A stretch of DNA of 64,000 nt, from assembly GCA_963662625.1 (NCBI GenBank), contig OY759726.1, forward strand, positions 608,001 through 672,000. The letters are read 5' to 3'. Position numbers and translations under genes: made by a program. Shown here piece after piece: positions 9,981 through 20,114 of this stretch; positions within the stretch are counted from its first letter, which is position 1; each line of letters starts with the position of its first letter. Source of the stretch: Nitrosopumilus sp. GTDB lineage: Archaea > Thermoproteota > Nitrososphaeria > Nitrososphaerales > Nitrosopumilaceae. A model generated the notes under the pieces. That model was given only the letters and a program-made list of their open reading frames with translations. It was not told where the DNA came from and did no database searches.

Positions 9981-12077
9981 TCAGAGGCCTATGCGCACGT
10001 CGAGGATCCTGCAGCCCCTGCCCTCTTCCATGACCAGGACCGGGTTCATGTCCAGCTCCCTGATCTCCGCAAAGTCGGAGACCAGCTGCGAGAGCCTCTG
10101 GATGCACTCGGACAGCTTGGCTATGTCGGACGGCCTCTCCCCCCTGACGCCCCGGAGGAGCTTCTGGGTCCTGATCGAGGCGATCATGTCGTCTGCCTCG
10201 CGGCTCGTGACCGGGGCCAGCCTGAACGTGACGTCCTTGAGGACCTCGACGTATATCCCGCCCATCCCCAGCATGACCACCGGGCCGAAGCCCGGCTCCA
10301 GCTTGGAGCCGATGATCAGCTCCTTGCCGCCCCTTACCATCTCGACTACCAGGACGCCCTTTATCTCGGCGTCCTTGTCGTACTTCCTCGCGTTTGCCGT
10401 TATCTCCCTGAACGCGGACCTGACCTCGGCGTCGCTCCCCAGGCCGACCCTGACCCCGCCCGCGTCGGACTTGTGGATGATCTGGGGGGAGGCGATCTTC
10501 ATGACCACCGGGTAGCCCGTCCTCCTCGCTGCCTTGACCGCGTCTGCCGCCGTCACGGCGAGCGAGCTCCTCGGGAGCGGCAGCCCGTACGCCTTGAGGA
10601 CCTGCTGCCCCTCCTCCTCGAGCAGGTTGCGGCGCCCCTCCTTCCTGGCCCTGGCGAGGATCCTTCCGGCCCCGGCCTTGTCGACCTTGAACCTGGTGAC
10701 CCTCCCGGCCGGGGTCCTGACCCACTCGGAGAACCTCAGCATCGCGGCCAGCGTCCGTATGGCGCCCTCCGCGTAGGCATAGTACGGCACGCTGCCGGCC
10801 GCCATGATCTCCCTGTTGGTGGTCCCCTCGTCGAGGCCCATCAGGCTCGCGAGCATCGTCTTCTTGTACTTCTTGGACATCGACACTATCACCTCGGCGA
10901 GTTTGTCGTAGTCCAGCGTCCCCGACGGGGTGCACATGGATATCACGGAGCCCACGTCGGGGTGCCTCAGCACACGGTCCAGCACGTTGCGGAACCGCTC
11001 GTAGTCGGCGTCGCCCACGATGTCGACCGGGTTGCGCGAGCTCCCCCACGGCGGGATCACCGCGTCTATCTTCGGCCTGACGCTGTCGATCTTGGCCATC
11101 CTGATCCCCATCTTGGAGCACGCGTCGGTCGAGATGATCGCCGGGCCGCCGGCGTTCGACACTATGGCCAGGCCGCCCTTTGCCGGGAGCGGCTGCTCGG
11201 AGAACGCCGTGGCATAGTCGAACAGCTCCTCCATCGTGTCGACGCGTATGGCGCCGGCCTGCCTCAGCAGGGCGTCGTAGATCTCGTCGGAGCCCATGAG
11301 CGCGCCGGTGTGGGACATCGCCGCCTTTGCGCCCTCCGGGCTCCTGCCGGACTTTAGGACGAGCACCGGCTTCCTCAGCTTCCTGGTTATGTTCTTGCAG
11401 ACCTTGAGGAACTCCTGGCCGTCGCCCATGTCCTCGAGGTACATCACGATGACCCGGGTCTGCTCGTGGTTTGCCAGCATCCTCAGGACGTCGACCTCGC
11501 TCATGGCCGCCTTGTTTCCCATGCTGACCACCGCCGAGAACCCGATCCCCTGCGCGCTCGCGTCCTCGACGAGCGCCGCGCATATGGCGCCGCTCTGCGA
11601 GACCAGCGCGATCTTGCCCGACTTTGGGGTTATCTTGAGGAAGGTGGAGTTCATCATGGTCTTAGGGTCCAGGTTCATGACGCCGAGGCAGTTCGGCCCG
11701 ATCACCTGGATCTTGTGCCTCTCCGCTATGGCCCCCAGCTCCCGCTCCATCCTGGCGCCCTCCTCGTCGACCTCCTTGAAGCCGGCGGTGATTATGATCG
11801 CGCCCCTCACCTTCTTCCTGCCGCACTCCTCGAGCACCCCGGCGACCAGCGTGTTCTTTATGACGATCACGGCAAGGTCCACCGGCCTTGGCACGTCCAT
11901 GACGCTCTTGTACGCCTTCTTCGAGAAGACCTTGGGCCTTGACGGGCTTATCGGGTACACCTTCCCCCGGAACCCCTTCATGATGTTCGACGTGATGGTG
12001 GCCCCGACGCTTCCCGGCTTGTCGGATGCGCCTATCACGGCGATCGACTTTGGCGAGAGGAAGACGGATTCTGCCAT
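9981..12077 (-). CDS. 4-hydroxybutyrate-CoA ligase (ADP-forming acyl-CoA synthetase)
   Basis: SIAVIGAS, GPNCLG, SQSGA, SHTGAL, IIHKSDAGGV ATP-grasp; adjacent to abfD as in thaumarchaea. Confidence 0.9.
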   Translation of the reverse strand: MAESVFLSPKSIAVIGASDKPGSVGATITSNIMKGFRGKVYPISPSRPKVFSKKAYKSVMDVPRPVDLAVIVIKNTLVAGVLEECGRKKVRGAIIITAGFKEVDEEGARMERELGAIAERHKIQVIGPNCLGVMNLDPKTMMNSTFLKITPKSGKIALVSQSGAICAALVEDASAQGIGFSAVVSMGNKAAMSEVDVLRMLANHEQTRVIVMYLEDMGDGQEFLKVCKNITRKLRKPVLVLKSGRSPEGAKAAMSHTGALMGSDEIYDALLRQAGAIRVDTMEELFDYATAFSEQPLPAKGGLAIVSNAGGPAIISTDACSKMGIRMAKIDSVRPKIDAVIPPWGSSRNPVDIVGDADYERFRNVLDRVLRHPDVGSVISMCTPSGTLDYDKLAEVIVSMSKKYKKTMLASLMGLDEGTTNREIMAAGSVPYYAYAEGAIRTLAAMLRFSEWVRTPAGRVTRFKVDKAGAGRILARARKEGRRNLLEEEGQQVLKAYGLPLPRSSLAVTAADAVKAARRTGYPVVMKIASPQIIHKSDAGGVRVGLGSDAEVRSAFREITANARKYDKDAEIKGVLVVEMVRGGKELIIGSKLEPGFGPVVMLGMGGIYVEVLKDVTFRLAPVTSREADDMIASIRTQKLLRGVRGERPSDIAKLSECIQRLSQLVSDFAEIRELDMNPVLVMEEGRGCRILDVRIGL

Positions 12078-12229
12078 GGTACGGCTTTGATGTCTGGGGG
12101 TTTGTATAATAAAGTATTCATGGGATCAGTCGTGGTAGGCTGCTCCCCCCTCCCCAAAGGTCAATTATTGGCGATCATCTAAAGCTAAACACCATAAACA
12201 CCCAATTCTGGTGTCTACAGTCGTCAAGC

Positions 12230-12500
12230 AACTGCGTGATGAAATACCATCCGGAGGCCAGGATCAAGAAAGACGCAGCGAAGCCAGACGTGAGAAGCGT
12301 GCTGGCCGAGGGGGACAATACCATAATGGATCTAAAGAAGAGGCTGAGCCATTGCACGAACCCCCACATGCCCCGTCCGAGAACTCCACACCCCACGAGG
12401 TAGAGGGATTGGAGAGCTATGGCGGTCCAAGCCCCGCCTCCCGCCCCGTATAAAATGCCTCCTGATGCAAAAGGGATATGCGGGGGCGTCCGGGGACTGA
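12230..12500 (+). pseudogene. Possible 5' fragment of an IS66-type transposase
   Basis: Across frames reads IMDLKKRLSHCTNPH / HAPSENSTP, resembling the RARLAHHGNAHSPP N-terminus of the IS66 copy at 13.4 kb; boundaries approximate. Confidence 0.4.
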
Positions 12501-12648
12501 GGTTCCGAGGATCACCGGTGCTGAGGAGGGATCCCAACTGGGCTTCTGTGATCTCCAGCCCGCATGTGACGCCGACGTTACTTGGAGCCACGAAGACCCA
12601 AGTGGGGAAGTTCAAGATCGGCATCCCATAGGTACTCCATAATGAGGC

Positions 12649-13215
12649 CTAGCGGGGATATTTCGACCGGGGGTTGTATGCGCACACATCTATGATGTCT
12701 TGGGTGAACAGAATACTTTCATCAAATACGTCTAACAGGGATTGGTTTACAGGCAGTTCACTTGCATAGCATAACTGTGTTATGACTCCCGCGTCTTTGG
12801 CTGCCTGGACGGCATATACAAAATCACTGTCGGCAGTCATAATTATGGCTTTCTGAATTTGTTTATCCCAACTCATTCTAACGAGATCCACCCCCAACAT
12901 CATATCCACTCCTTGTTGTGTATAACGGACATGATCGTTGTCAGTTGTTTTTTGTAACCTGCCTAATTTTACCTCAAAGCGGGGTATGTTTTTTAGCTGG
13001 TTAACAAAACGGTGTGCCGTACTGTATCGTTGTTTCTCGTCATTGGTTGGAGGGGTGCTTTGGAAAGGCATTGAGGTGTAATAATAAGTTCGTAGATGAG
13101 CCATGTCTTTGCTTAGCCTCTCGGACAATTTTTTAAAGTCTATCTTGGGGTTGCCTTTTCGGCGTAAAATGACAGCTAAATAACCCCCGTCAATAAAAAT
13201 TGCGCAACGATCCAT
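12649..13215 (-). CDS. NYN-domain (LabA/DUF88, PIN-fold) nuclease
   Basis: IFIDGGY, QQGVDMMLGVD, TADSDF acidic motifs; AT-rich relative to core genes. Confidence 0.9.
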   Translation of the reverse strand: MDRCAIFIDGGYLAVILRRKGNPKIDFKKLSERLSKDMAHLRTYYYTSMPFQSTPPTNDEKQRYSTAHRFVNQLKNIPRFEVKLGRLQKTTDNDHVRYTQQGVDMMLGVDLVRMSWDKQIQKAIIMTADSDFVYAVQAAKDAGVITQLCYASELPVNQSLLDVFDESILFTQDIIDVCAYNPRSKYPR

Positions 13216-13398
13216 AAAACACGTAGTGGTAAGGCATTATTATAATTGCTGCCGTGCCTAGGAACGGCAACGGGTATTTTCTCTATCGTTGATTAAAACG
13301 ATAGGGCCCATTTAGGACTGCCGTACGATGAACGACAGCGGACATATAGCAACATGTACGTTCTGGAATTATAATTTAAACATTTGGTTATTGCAGAC

Positions 13399-14878
13399 GT
13401 ATGAGGTCACGTATGCTGACCCTTTAATCAACAAGGCGCGATCATGCTGATCCTTATGGCGGTAGGTGCCAGTCCGTGCGTGGCAAGGCGCAGAACGACC
13501 AGGCAGCTGGAGGGCATGCTGGCACGGGCGCCCGGCGATATCGACTCACTCACGTCAAAATACAAGGAGGCGATGGCAGAAACCAGGAGGCCCCGGGCCC
13601 GCCTCGCGCACCACGGGAACGCCCACTCCCCGCCGCCGGCCAAGCCGCCGGGATGGAAGGAAGCCAGGCGGGCGAGGAGGAAGGCCCGGAAGGCGGCTCC
13701 GGAGGGGGGCGGCGGCAGGGCCCCCGCGGGGAAGCCCGGCGGGCAGCCGGGGCACCGCGGGGCGTCCCGCGGGCACGCGCCGGGGCGCACGGTGCGCCAC
13801 GGGTTCGAGGGGGGCGTCCCGCCCGGGTGCGGCCGGTGCGGCCGCGGGACCGTGCCGGGCAGGCCCGCCACGCGGGACATGCCGGGCTTTGAGGTTACCG
13901 TGACGGAGACGCGCCACGCCGTCCAGACCGCCGCGTGCCCCAAGTGCGGCAGGGGGCACGTGGCGCCAAGCGGCCTCCCTGCGCGCGGGAGCTGCGGCAG
14001 GAACGCGGTGGCCGCGGTGGCCGCGCTGCGCCACGCGGCCGTCCCGTTCGGGAAGGCGGCGGGGGCCGTGCGGGAGATCACGGGGGTGAGGATCGCGAAA
14101 CCGGCCGCGACAAGCGTGACGGGGCGCGCCCGCGGCGCGATGCGCGGGCCGTTCCGGGACATCGCGGGCCGCGCCAGGAGGCCCGAGAGGGCCGGGGCCG
14201 ACGAGACGCGCGCCAACCTGGCGGGCGAGGGCGGGCGGGCGCGGGTCACCCGGTCCGGCAGGAACGCCGTGACCGTGCACGGCCGGAGCAGGGGGCCGCG
14301 GGTGCCAGGCAGGCACGCGGGCGGGTACCGCGGGATCGTCACGTCCGGCAGGCCCTCCGCGTACGGGAGGTCCGGCCCGGGAGGGCGCCACCGGCCGTGC
14401 CGGTCCCGCGGGCTGCGGGAGCTGCGGCACGCCGCGGAGAGGAAGGGGGCGGCGCCGCGCGCCGGGGTGCTGTACCGGCAGGCGTCCGGCGCGTACGCCG
14501 GGGCGCTGGCGGCCGCCGCCCCGGGCAGGCATTCGGCTCGCACGCGCCGCGTTTCCGGGTCTGGCATGCGCAGGCTGCCGTTCGGGCACGGGGACGCCGG
14601 GGGCACCGCGCCTGCCCCCCTGGCGGGCAGGCTGCAGGCGCCGCTGCCCCGCCCGTCCGCGTTCCCGGGGCACGGGGGGCGGGGCCCACGAACAACGCCC
14701 CCGGGCGCGGCCTGCGGCACGTGGCGGTGTCCCGAAAGATAAGCGGCCAGATCAAGGGCGGGAAGCCCTGGAGGGACAGGCGGTCCCGCCCCATGACGTG
14801 CATGATCACGTGGGAGAGGCACGGGAAATCCCTGTCAGGCGAGGTATCCAAGATAGTGTAAGGGTGGTGACCTCATAC
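13399..14878 (+). mobile_element. IS66-family insertion sequence with decayed transposase
   Basis: Perfect 12-bp TIRs GTATGAGGTCAC (13399-13410) and GTGACCTCATAC (14867-14878); 8-bp TSD TTGCAGAC at 13391-13398 and 14879-14886; KPGGQPGHRG, CPKCG, ADET and PTNN motifs with a frameshift. Confidence 0.93.
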
Positions 14879-14915
14879 TTGCAGACGGCACAGGCTAAGA
14901 TTCGGGGCCGGGCGT

Positions 14916-15272
14916 TCAGCTGCCCAGCATCTTCCCCGCGAGGTTCTCCTTCCTCGGGATCCACGCGATCTTCAGGTCGCCGTACCCCCCGATGATCCCC
15001 CAGGCCTGCTGCGCGAGCTCCCGCAGCCTGGCGTTGTTTATGGCGAACTCGTGGTTCAGCTGGTTTACGGTTACCTGCGAGTCGCTGAATACGGTGACCG
15101 GCCCGTCCTCGCCGGCGAACTTTTCCAGCGCGGATATTATGGCCATGTACTCGGCCTGGTTGTTGGTTATGCCGGGCTTTTCCGCATAGAAGGAGGTGCC
15201 GGTCTCCTTGACAAAGTACCCATAGCCGCCGTTGGGCCCTCCCGACCCGTCCACGTAGACGCTAACCGCCAT
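14916..15272 (-). CDS. rnhA: Ribonuclease HI
   Basis: VYVDGS, TNNQAEY, FSDSQ, WIPRKEN motifs. Confidence 0.9.
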   Translation of the reverse strand: MAVSVYVDGSGGPNGGYGYFVKETGTSFYAEKPGITNNQAEYMAIISALEKFAGEDGPVTVFSDSQVTVNQLNHEFAINNARLRELAQQAWGIIGGYGDLKIAWIPRKENLAGKMLGS

Positions 15273-15714
15273 CCCTGTACAGCCTGGCAATCTTCACACT
15301 GATATTCATTGCTGCCACGTAGACCATGATGGAGATGGACTGGGACATTATCGACGCGGCGTACGGGTCGTGCCCCCAAGTCAGGAAGTAGTACTGGGCG
15401 AGCCACCTGACCGCGGTGTACACGGCCTCGGAGACCCCCAGCGAGGCGATTATCTTGAGGACGTCACGCCGGAGCGCCGCCCCGTCCAGCCGGCCGTCGG
15501 CCATGGCATAGTCCCCCCTGTGTGAGAGGCAGTACAGGCCCCCGAACGTGGACAGGTAGACGAGGTGGTCCACTGCCAGGGTGTAGGTTGCGTTCATGTG
15601 GTCTTCCTGCCCGGACATCAGCTGGGCGAATGCCGCCGACGCCGTGATCGACGCCGCGAAGGCGATCAGCATGTTCCTGTTCAGCTTGAGGTATTCGGAG
15701 CGTCTTTCCGGCAC
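15262..15714 (-). CDS. Hypothetical membrane protein
   Basis: About four hydrophobic segments; overlaps rnhA start; host-like codon usage. Confidence 0.7.
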   Translation of the reverse strand: MPERRSEYLKLNRNMLIAFAASITASAAFAQLMSGQEDHMNATYTLAVDHLVYLSTFGGLYCLSHRGDYAMADGRLDGAALRRDVLKIIASLGVSEAVYTAVRWLAQYYFLTWGHDPYAASIMSQSISIMVYVAAMNISVKIARLYRDGG

Positions 15715-15833
15715 AGGTTACCGGGGTCCCGGTTCCAATTAAACTAGCCAACCGGGCAGCGCCCGGCCGTGCCCGGGCCGCCCGCGCGTGGCCTATAAGG
15801 TATAAAAAACACGCGCGCGGACTAACGGTTGCG

Positions 15834-16715
15834 ATGATGCTGAACTACGACGCGCCCCTTTACAGGCCCCCGTCGGAGGCGCGCTCGCTCATCTTCCAGG
15901 TGACGCTCGGGTGCTCCTTCAACGAGTGCTCGTTTTGCGACATGTACAGGTCAAAGGACTACTCCGAGAGGCCGTGGGACGAGGTGAGGGCGGAGATCGA
16001 CCTCATGGCGGCCCAGGCGCCGGAGACCAGGAGGGTGTTCCTGGCCGACGGCGACGCCCTGAACCTCGACGCCGCGTACCTGGAGAGGATAGTCAGGCAC
16101 GTCAGGGGAAAGTTCCCCCGCCTGGAGAGGATCTCCTGCTACGCGATGCCCATGAACATCCTGAAAAAGACCCCCGGGGAGCTGGAGGCGCTGAACAGGG
16201 CCGGGCTCGACATGTTCTACCTGGGGATAGAGACCGGCTCCGACGTCATACTCAAGAAGGTCACGAAGGGCGCCACGTCCAGGACGATAATAAAGTCGGT
16301 CAACAAGGCAAAGGACGCCGGGTACACCGTGTCGTGCATGGTGATACTGGGCCTGGGCGGCAGGACGCACTCGGAGGATCACGTGAACGGCACCGCCGAG
16401 GTGATCAACGCCTGCGCGCCGCACTACGTGGGGGCACTCACCCTGTACCTGGAGAACGGGATAAAGCAAGAGTTCCTGGACAAGTTCGGGGAGCCGTTTG
16501 TCAGGATAGACGACGACGGGGCCCTGGAGGAGCTGCGCGGCCTGGTCAGCAGGGTAGAGTCCAAGGACGAGATCGTGTTCAGGGCAAACCACGGGTCCAA
16601 CGCGTACACGGTAAAGGGGACGTTCCCGCAGGACAAGCAGGCGATGCTGGACAAGATAGAATGGATGAGGGCCCACCCCGAGACCGCGCGCCCCCAGGGG
16701 CTGCGCGGGTTCTAG
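15834..16715 (+). CDS. Radical SAM protein
   Basis: YRPPSEA, CSFNECSFC motif, FLADGDAL, FRANHGSN; TATAAAAA upstream at ~15801. Confidence 0.92.
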   Translation: MMLNYDAPLYRPPSEARSLIFQVTLGCSFNECSFCDMYRSKDYSERPWDEVRAEIDLMAAQAPETRRVFLADGDALNLDAAYLERIVRHVRGKFPRLERISCYAMPMNILKKTPGELEALNRAGLDMFYLGIETGSDVILKKVTKGATSRTIIKSVNKAKDAGYTVSCMVILGLGGRTHSEDHVNGTAEVINACAPHYVGALTLYLENGIKQEFLDKFGEPFVRIDDDGALEELRGLVSRVESKDEIVFRANHGSNAYTVKGTFPQDKQAMLDKIEWMRAHPETARPQGLRGF

Positions 16716-16737
16716 GCATGATCTGCGGCGCCCGGCG

Positions 16738-17217
16738 TCACTTTACCTTGCAGCAGCTGCTGCGCTGCAGCCCGCGCGCGATCCAGTAGATCGACAGCGC
16801 CAGCACGCCGGCGGATACCAGCTTCAGCTCCAGCCCCTGCATCGGGAAGATCGAGAGCCCCCCGACCGCGCCCAGGACGACCGCCAGCGGGGCGGTGCAC
16901 GCTGGGCACCCCGGGGTGAACGCGGCGAACGCCCCGCCCAGGACGGCCGACGAGCCCGACTTTACGGAGTTCGCCATCCTCATCCGGCTTATCTTGTAGG
17001 CGATCAGCGCGATGTTGACCCCCCCCAGCGCCGAGATCGCCGCCGTCAGCCCCACCGAGGCGGCCACGTGCGCCGGGGCCGCCGGCGCCTCCACCCCGAA
17101 GTGCGAGGGCAGCAGCGACATCGTCAGGAAGAAGTAGGCGGCGCCCAGCCCGATCCCGGAGGCCGCCGCTATCCCGGCGTACCTGCGGATGGACAGCACG
17201 TTGCGGATGAGTTCCAT
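16738..17217 (-). CDS. Membrane protein with CPAC motif (possible metal or thiol handling)
   Basis: Four TM segments, GCPAC, C-terminal CC. Confidence 0.7.
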   Translation of the reverse strand: MELIRNVLSIRRYAGIAAASGIGLGAAYFFLTMSLLPSHFGVEAPAAPAHVAASVGLTAAISALGGVNIALIAYKISRMRMANSVKSGSSAVLGGAFAAFTPGCPACTAPLAVVLGAVGGLSIFPMQGLELKLVSAGVLALSIYWIARGLQRSSCCKVK

Positions 17218-17370
17218 CTTGCCTGCCAACCCACAGGGGGTTGCGGCCAATGGTATTTTAATTATTGTCCATAAATACTCTGGTAAATCTTAGGCGGTTT
17301 TGGGGGGATCCGCCCATGCCGTTAAATTAGGGTGTCTGACACCACATCGCCGATCGGTACTGGTTACAGA

Positions 17371-17787
17371 CTATACTGTCGTAGAGATTTCCGGGGTTTT
17401 TATCTGTTGGGCATGGCCGATTCTTTCCGTGTCTGCATCAATACGCTCTTGCATTGTTTCGTTAGCAAGAGCCCCATCTATCCTTCTTGTAGCGACTTCA
17501 AAAACAAATTTTTCTAACAGTTGTGCAGCCTCGGATTCTGGATCAAGCTTAAACATTTTTGCTCGCCCCACGTTTCTCGTGAATTTTATCAGTCCTGCTG
17601 ATTCAAGTTTTGGCAGTGCCCTAAAAACAGTTCTTTTAGAAACTCGCGAAGATTCTGCAATGTCGGTTTCTGAGTAATCAAAATCCCTGTATGTTATGAA
17701 AAAATCCAGTAATTTTGCACTAGCATTTCCAGAAAGCAGCCATTCCAATGCGCCCATATCATTCGATTCCATAACTTTTGAAGGCAT
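17371..17787 (-). CDS. Winged-helix DNA-binding protein
   Basis: DYSETDIAESSRVSKRTVFRALPKL...TRNVGRAKMFKL; AT-rich. Confidence 0.85.
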   Translation of the reverse strand: MPSKVMESNDMGALEWLLSGNASAKLLDFFITYRDFDYSETDIAESSRVSKRTVFRALPKLESAGLIKFTRNVGRAKMFKLDPESEAAQLLEKFVFEVATRRIDGALANETMQERIDADTERIGHAQQIKTPEISTTV

Positions 17788-17912
17788 TGATTATGTATGA
17801 CATATACGGTATAGATAAAGGTTGGGTTATGAATACATATAGATAATAATTGGCATACATATTATGACTTATATGGCATAATATTTATAAATGCTGGAGG
17901 ATATGTGTCCAC

Positions 17913-18656
17913 ATGACTAAAATTTATGACAAATATCACAAAACTGTATTAAAACGGTTGTATAGTATACGATGTATAGGTGGTAAACATACATCCAAAG
18001 AGAACACCCTTAAAGGATTTCCAAAGAGTGACAGAGGTAGAGGCAAAACAGCACTAAACGAGTTGATTAGGAGAAATCTAATTATCCCAAAATCCACATC
18101 CTATGGAGAACAAATTTCTCTTAATTCGAAATTGATCAAAGACGTTAAACTGATTATTAATCCAGATGAATCCTTTGCAGACTCGTCACCATATGAAGAC
18201 TCGTTGAATATGGGTTATGAAAAACAACCTTTCAAAGAAACGCATGGTAACAAAATGATAAGGGGAGTAAAATCCAAGTATGCATATCATAAAAGCATCT
18301 ATGATCCAAACATGTACATTTGTTATGTGAGCGTCAATGGGACCAAAAGACGTACTATAAAATTGGGTTCATTTGATAACCCTGAATCATTGTTGGCAAA
18401 AGCAGTTGGAGGGATTGATTCTAATTTTAAAGAGGAAGCATTCTCAAAGGCTGATTTGATAGTCTTGGGGAAGAAAATGGTAGAAAACAGGCAACCAATA
18501 CATGCAATAATTGACATGTTATCACATTTTGGATACATTGATCAGGTTTCAAAGAGGCAGTACAAGCGCACAGAAAAAAAATTACCTAAACCGCCACTGG
18601 ACATGTTCAGAAATCACGACGGTGTAGAAACACCACCAAGAAACAAAAATAGATAG
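17913..18656 (+). CDS. Hypothetical two-domain protein
   Basis: 247-aa AT-rich ORF with TTTATAAA promoter; N-terminal IGGKHT...LIIPKSTSYGEQISLN motif. Confidence 0.75.
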   Translation: MTKIYDKYHKTVLKRLYSIRCIGGKHTSKENTLKGFPKSDRGRGKTALNELIRRNLIIPKSTSYGEQISLNSKLIKDVKLIINPDESFADSSPYEDSLNMGYEKQPFKETHGNKMIRGVKSKYAYHKSIYDPNMYICYVSVNGTKRRTIKLGSFDNPESLLAKAVGGIDSNFKEEAFSKADLIVLGKKMVENRQPIHAIIDMLSHFGYIDQVSKRQYKRTEKKLPKPPLDMFRNHDGVETPPRNKNR

Positions 18657-18743
18657 AGATGTTGGTGTGTGTGCCTTGTTAACTGCCCAAGCGTGTTGCC
18701 GCGATGAATCCCGCGACATCTCCGATCCGTGCCTGGGTTACAC

Positions 18744-18796
18744 TATAGCAACGATCAAAAGTTCTTGGTGCTCAAGAACTTTTGATCGTTGCTATA
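18744..18796. repeat. Perfect 24-bp inverted repeat with 5-nt loop
   Basis: TATAGCAACGATCAAAAGTTCTTG-GTGCT-CAAGAACTTTTGATCGTTGCTATA. Confidence 0.95.
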
Positions 18797-19262
18797 TGAA
18801 TGCCCGCCTGCAATCTGCTGTCAGTGGCAATGTTGATGAAATACTCCAGATTACTGACCGGGCAGTTCCGGAGTGCTTCAATGAGATCGACGCCGGTTGG
18901 GGTGGCGGGCTTGATTTGGATATGTGTATGCTGTCAGGCTTTGCATCCAGCACTTGAATCACCGGTCTCGTAACGGTGTTTTCCAGGTGAATGGTCTGGA
19001 CCCTGTCCCCACGCATGACGTCTATCTCGTAAGAAACGTCCATTTCGTGTTCCATAATCTCAGAGTAGCGCGAGGCGAATCCAAAAAAACCGTCCCTTTG
19101 GATCAGGCTTTTTGGGACTGTGATCTTGCCGTCCGCCTTGTCGGTTTTATCCATGTCGATGTTGAACAGTCTCAGCACCTCAACGTCCGCCCCGTAGCGC
19201 AGGACGATCCTATCAAAATCGGCTCCAGCCCTCCACGTTATCCAGTCAAATACCTCCTCCAT
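18792..19262 (-). pseudogene. Truncated hypothetical gene
   Basis: MEEVFDWITW... protein-like reading that ends at a TAG inside the palindrome. Confidence 0.5.
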
Positions 19263-19339
19263 GGGTAGCACCTCGGGAGTTATATGCTGCTCGGTAATCG
19301 ATAGCGTGTCTTTCAATCGTTGTCTTGGGGATGACAAGG

Positions 19340-19653
19340 CCCCTCCCCGGTCGGGGAAGCCCACCGCGTCCGGAGCGGGGCCCCTGGACCGCAGCGTCTG
19401 GCCCATAAACTCCAGGCCGTACCACCCCCGAACCAACGGGAAGACTGGGAGATTCTTCCGTAGCGTGGAGGGCGGAACATGGCACCACGGGAGCATGTCC
19501 AAGCACATCGGGTACTGCAACGAGGAGAGGCTGCACTTCTCCCCGGGCATCGACGACTGCCAGACCCCCCTGAAGGCCTTCCGTGACAAGGAGGCCGCGG
19601 AAGTGATCAGGGAGAGCAACCCGGGATGGATGGAGGCGGAGACGGATGACTAG
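19340..19653 (+). pseudogene. IS481-like transposase C-terminal remnant
   Basis: SRPYHPRTNGKTGRFFRS...YCNEERLHFS...QTP integrase-core motif; catalytic E appears as G. Confidence 0.8.
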
Positions 19654-19721
19654 CGGACCGACTTTTCATATACTACACCGTCACCATAGAACTAAAAAAC
19701 TTAAAACCCACAAACCGGGCA

Positions 19722-20114
19722 ATGGCCATGGACGTCTACGATACGATTTATTCGATACTGGACGCAAACGGCAACAGCATACGTGGGAGAACCGCGATCC
19801 AGAAACTCGCCTACCGCTCCCACAGCAAGGTGGCCACCGTGGACATGAGGTCGATGGCCCACGAGATTGCCGAGTGTGCGGGCATCGAAAAACACGACGT
19901 GGTAGTCCACTCTTCGGAGATACAGGTAAACCTGTACGAGGGGGAGATCATGATCATGTGGAAGGGAGTCCCGAGAAAACTGGACGAGTTCTCCCCCATT
20001 AACGCCAACAAATCCGCCATCAACAAGTTCTACGTGTTTGGCCCCGGCGGGGAGGGGGCCAAGAGGGACATCAGGAAATGCGTGGAAGACATGCTCGGCA
20101 CGCGCATGGGATGA
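19722..20114 (+). CDS. Hypothetical protein, possibly a deletion-fused relic
   Basis: N-terminal IRGRTAIQKLAY motif (YwgA/SocA-like antitoxin fold) with an unrelated-looking C-terminus. Confidence 0.45.
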   Translation: MAMDVYDTIYSILDANGNSIRGRTAIQKLAYRSHSKVATVDMRSMAHEIAECAGIEKHDVVVHSSEIQVNLYEGEIMIMWKGVPRKLDEFSPINANKSAINKFYVFGPGGEGAKRDIRKCVEDMLGTRMG

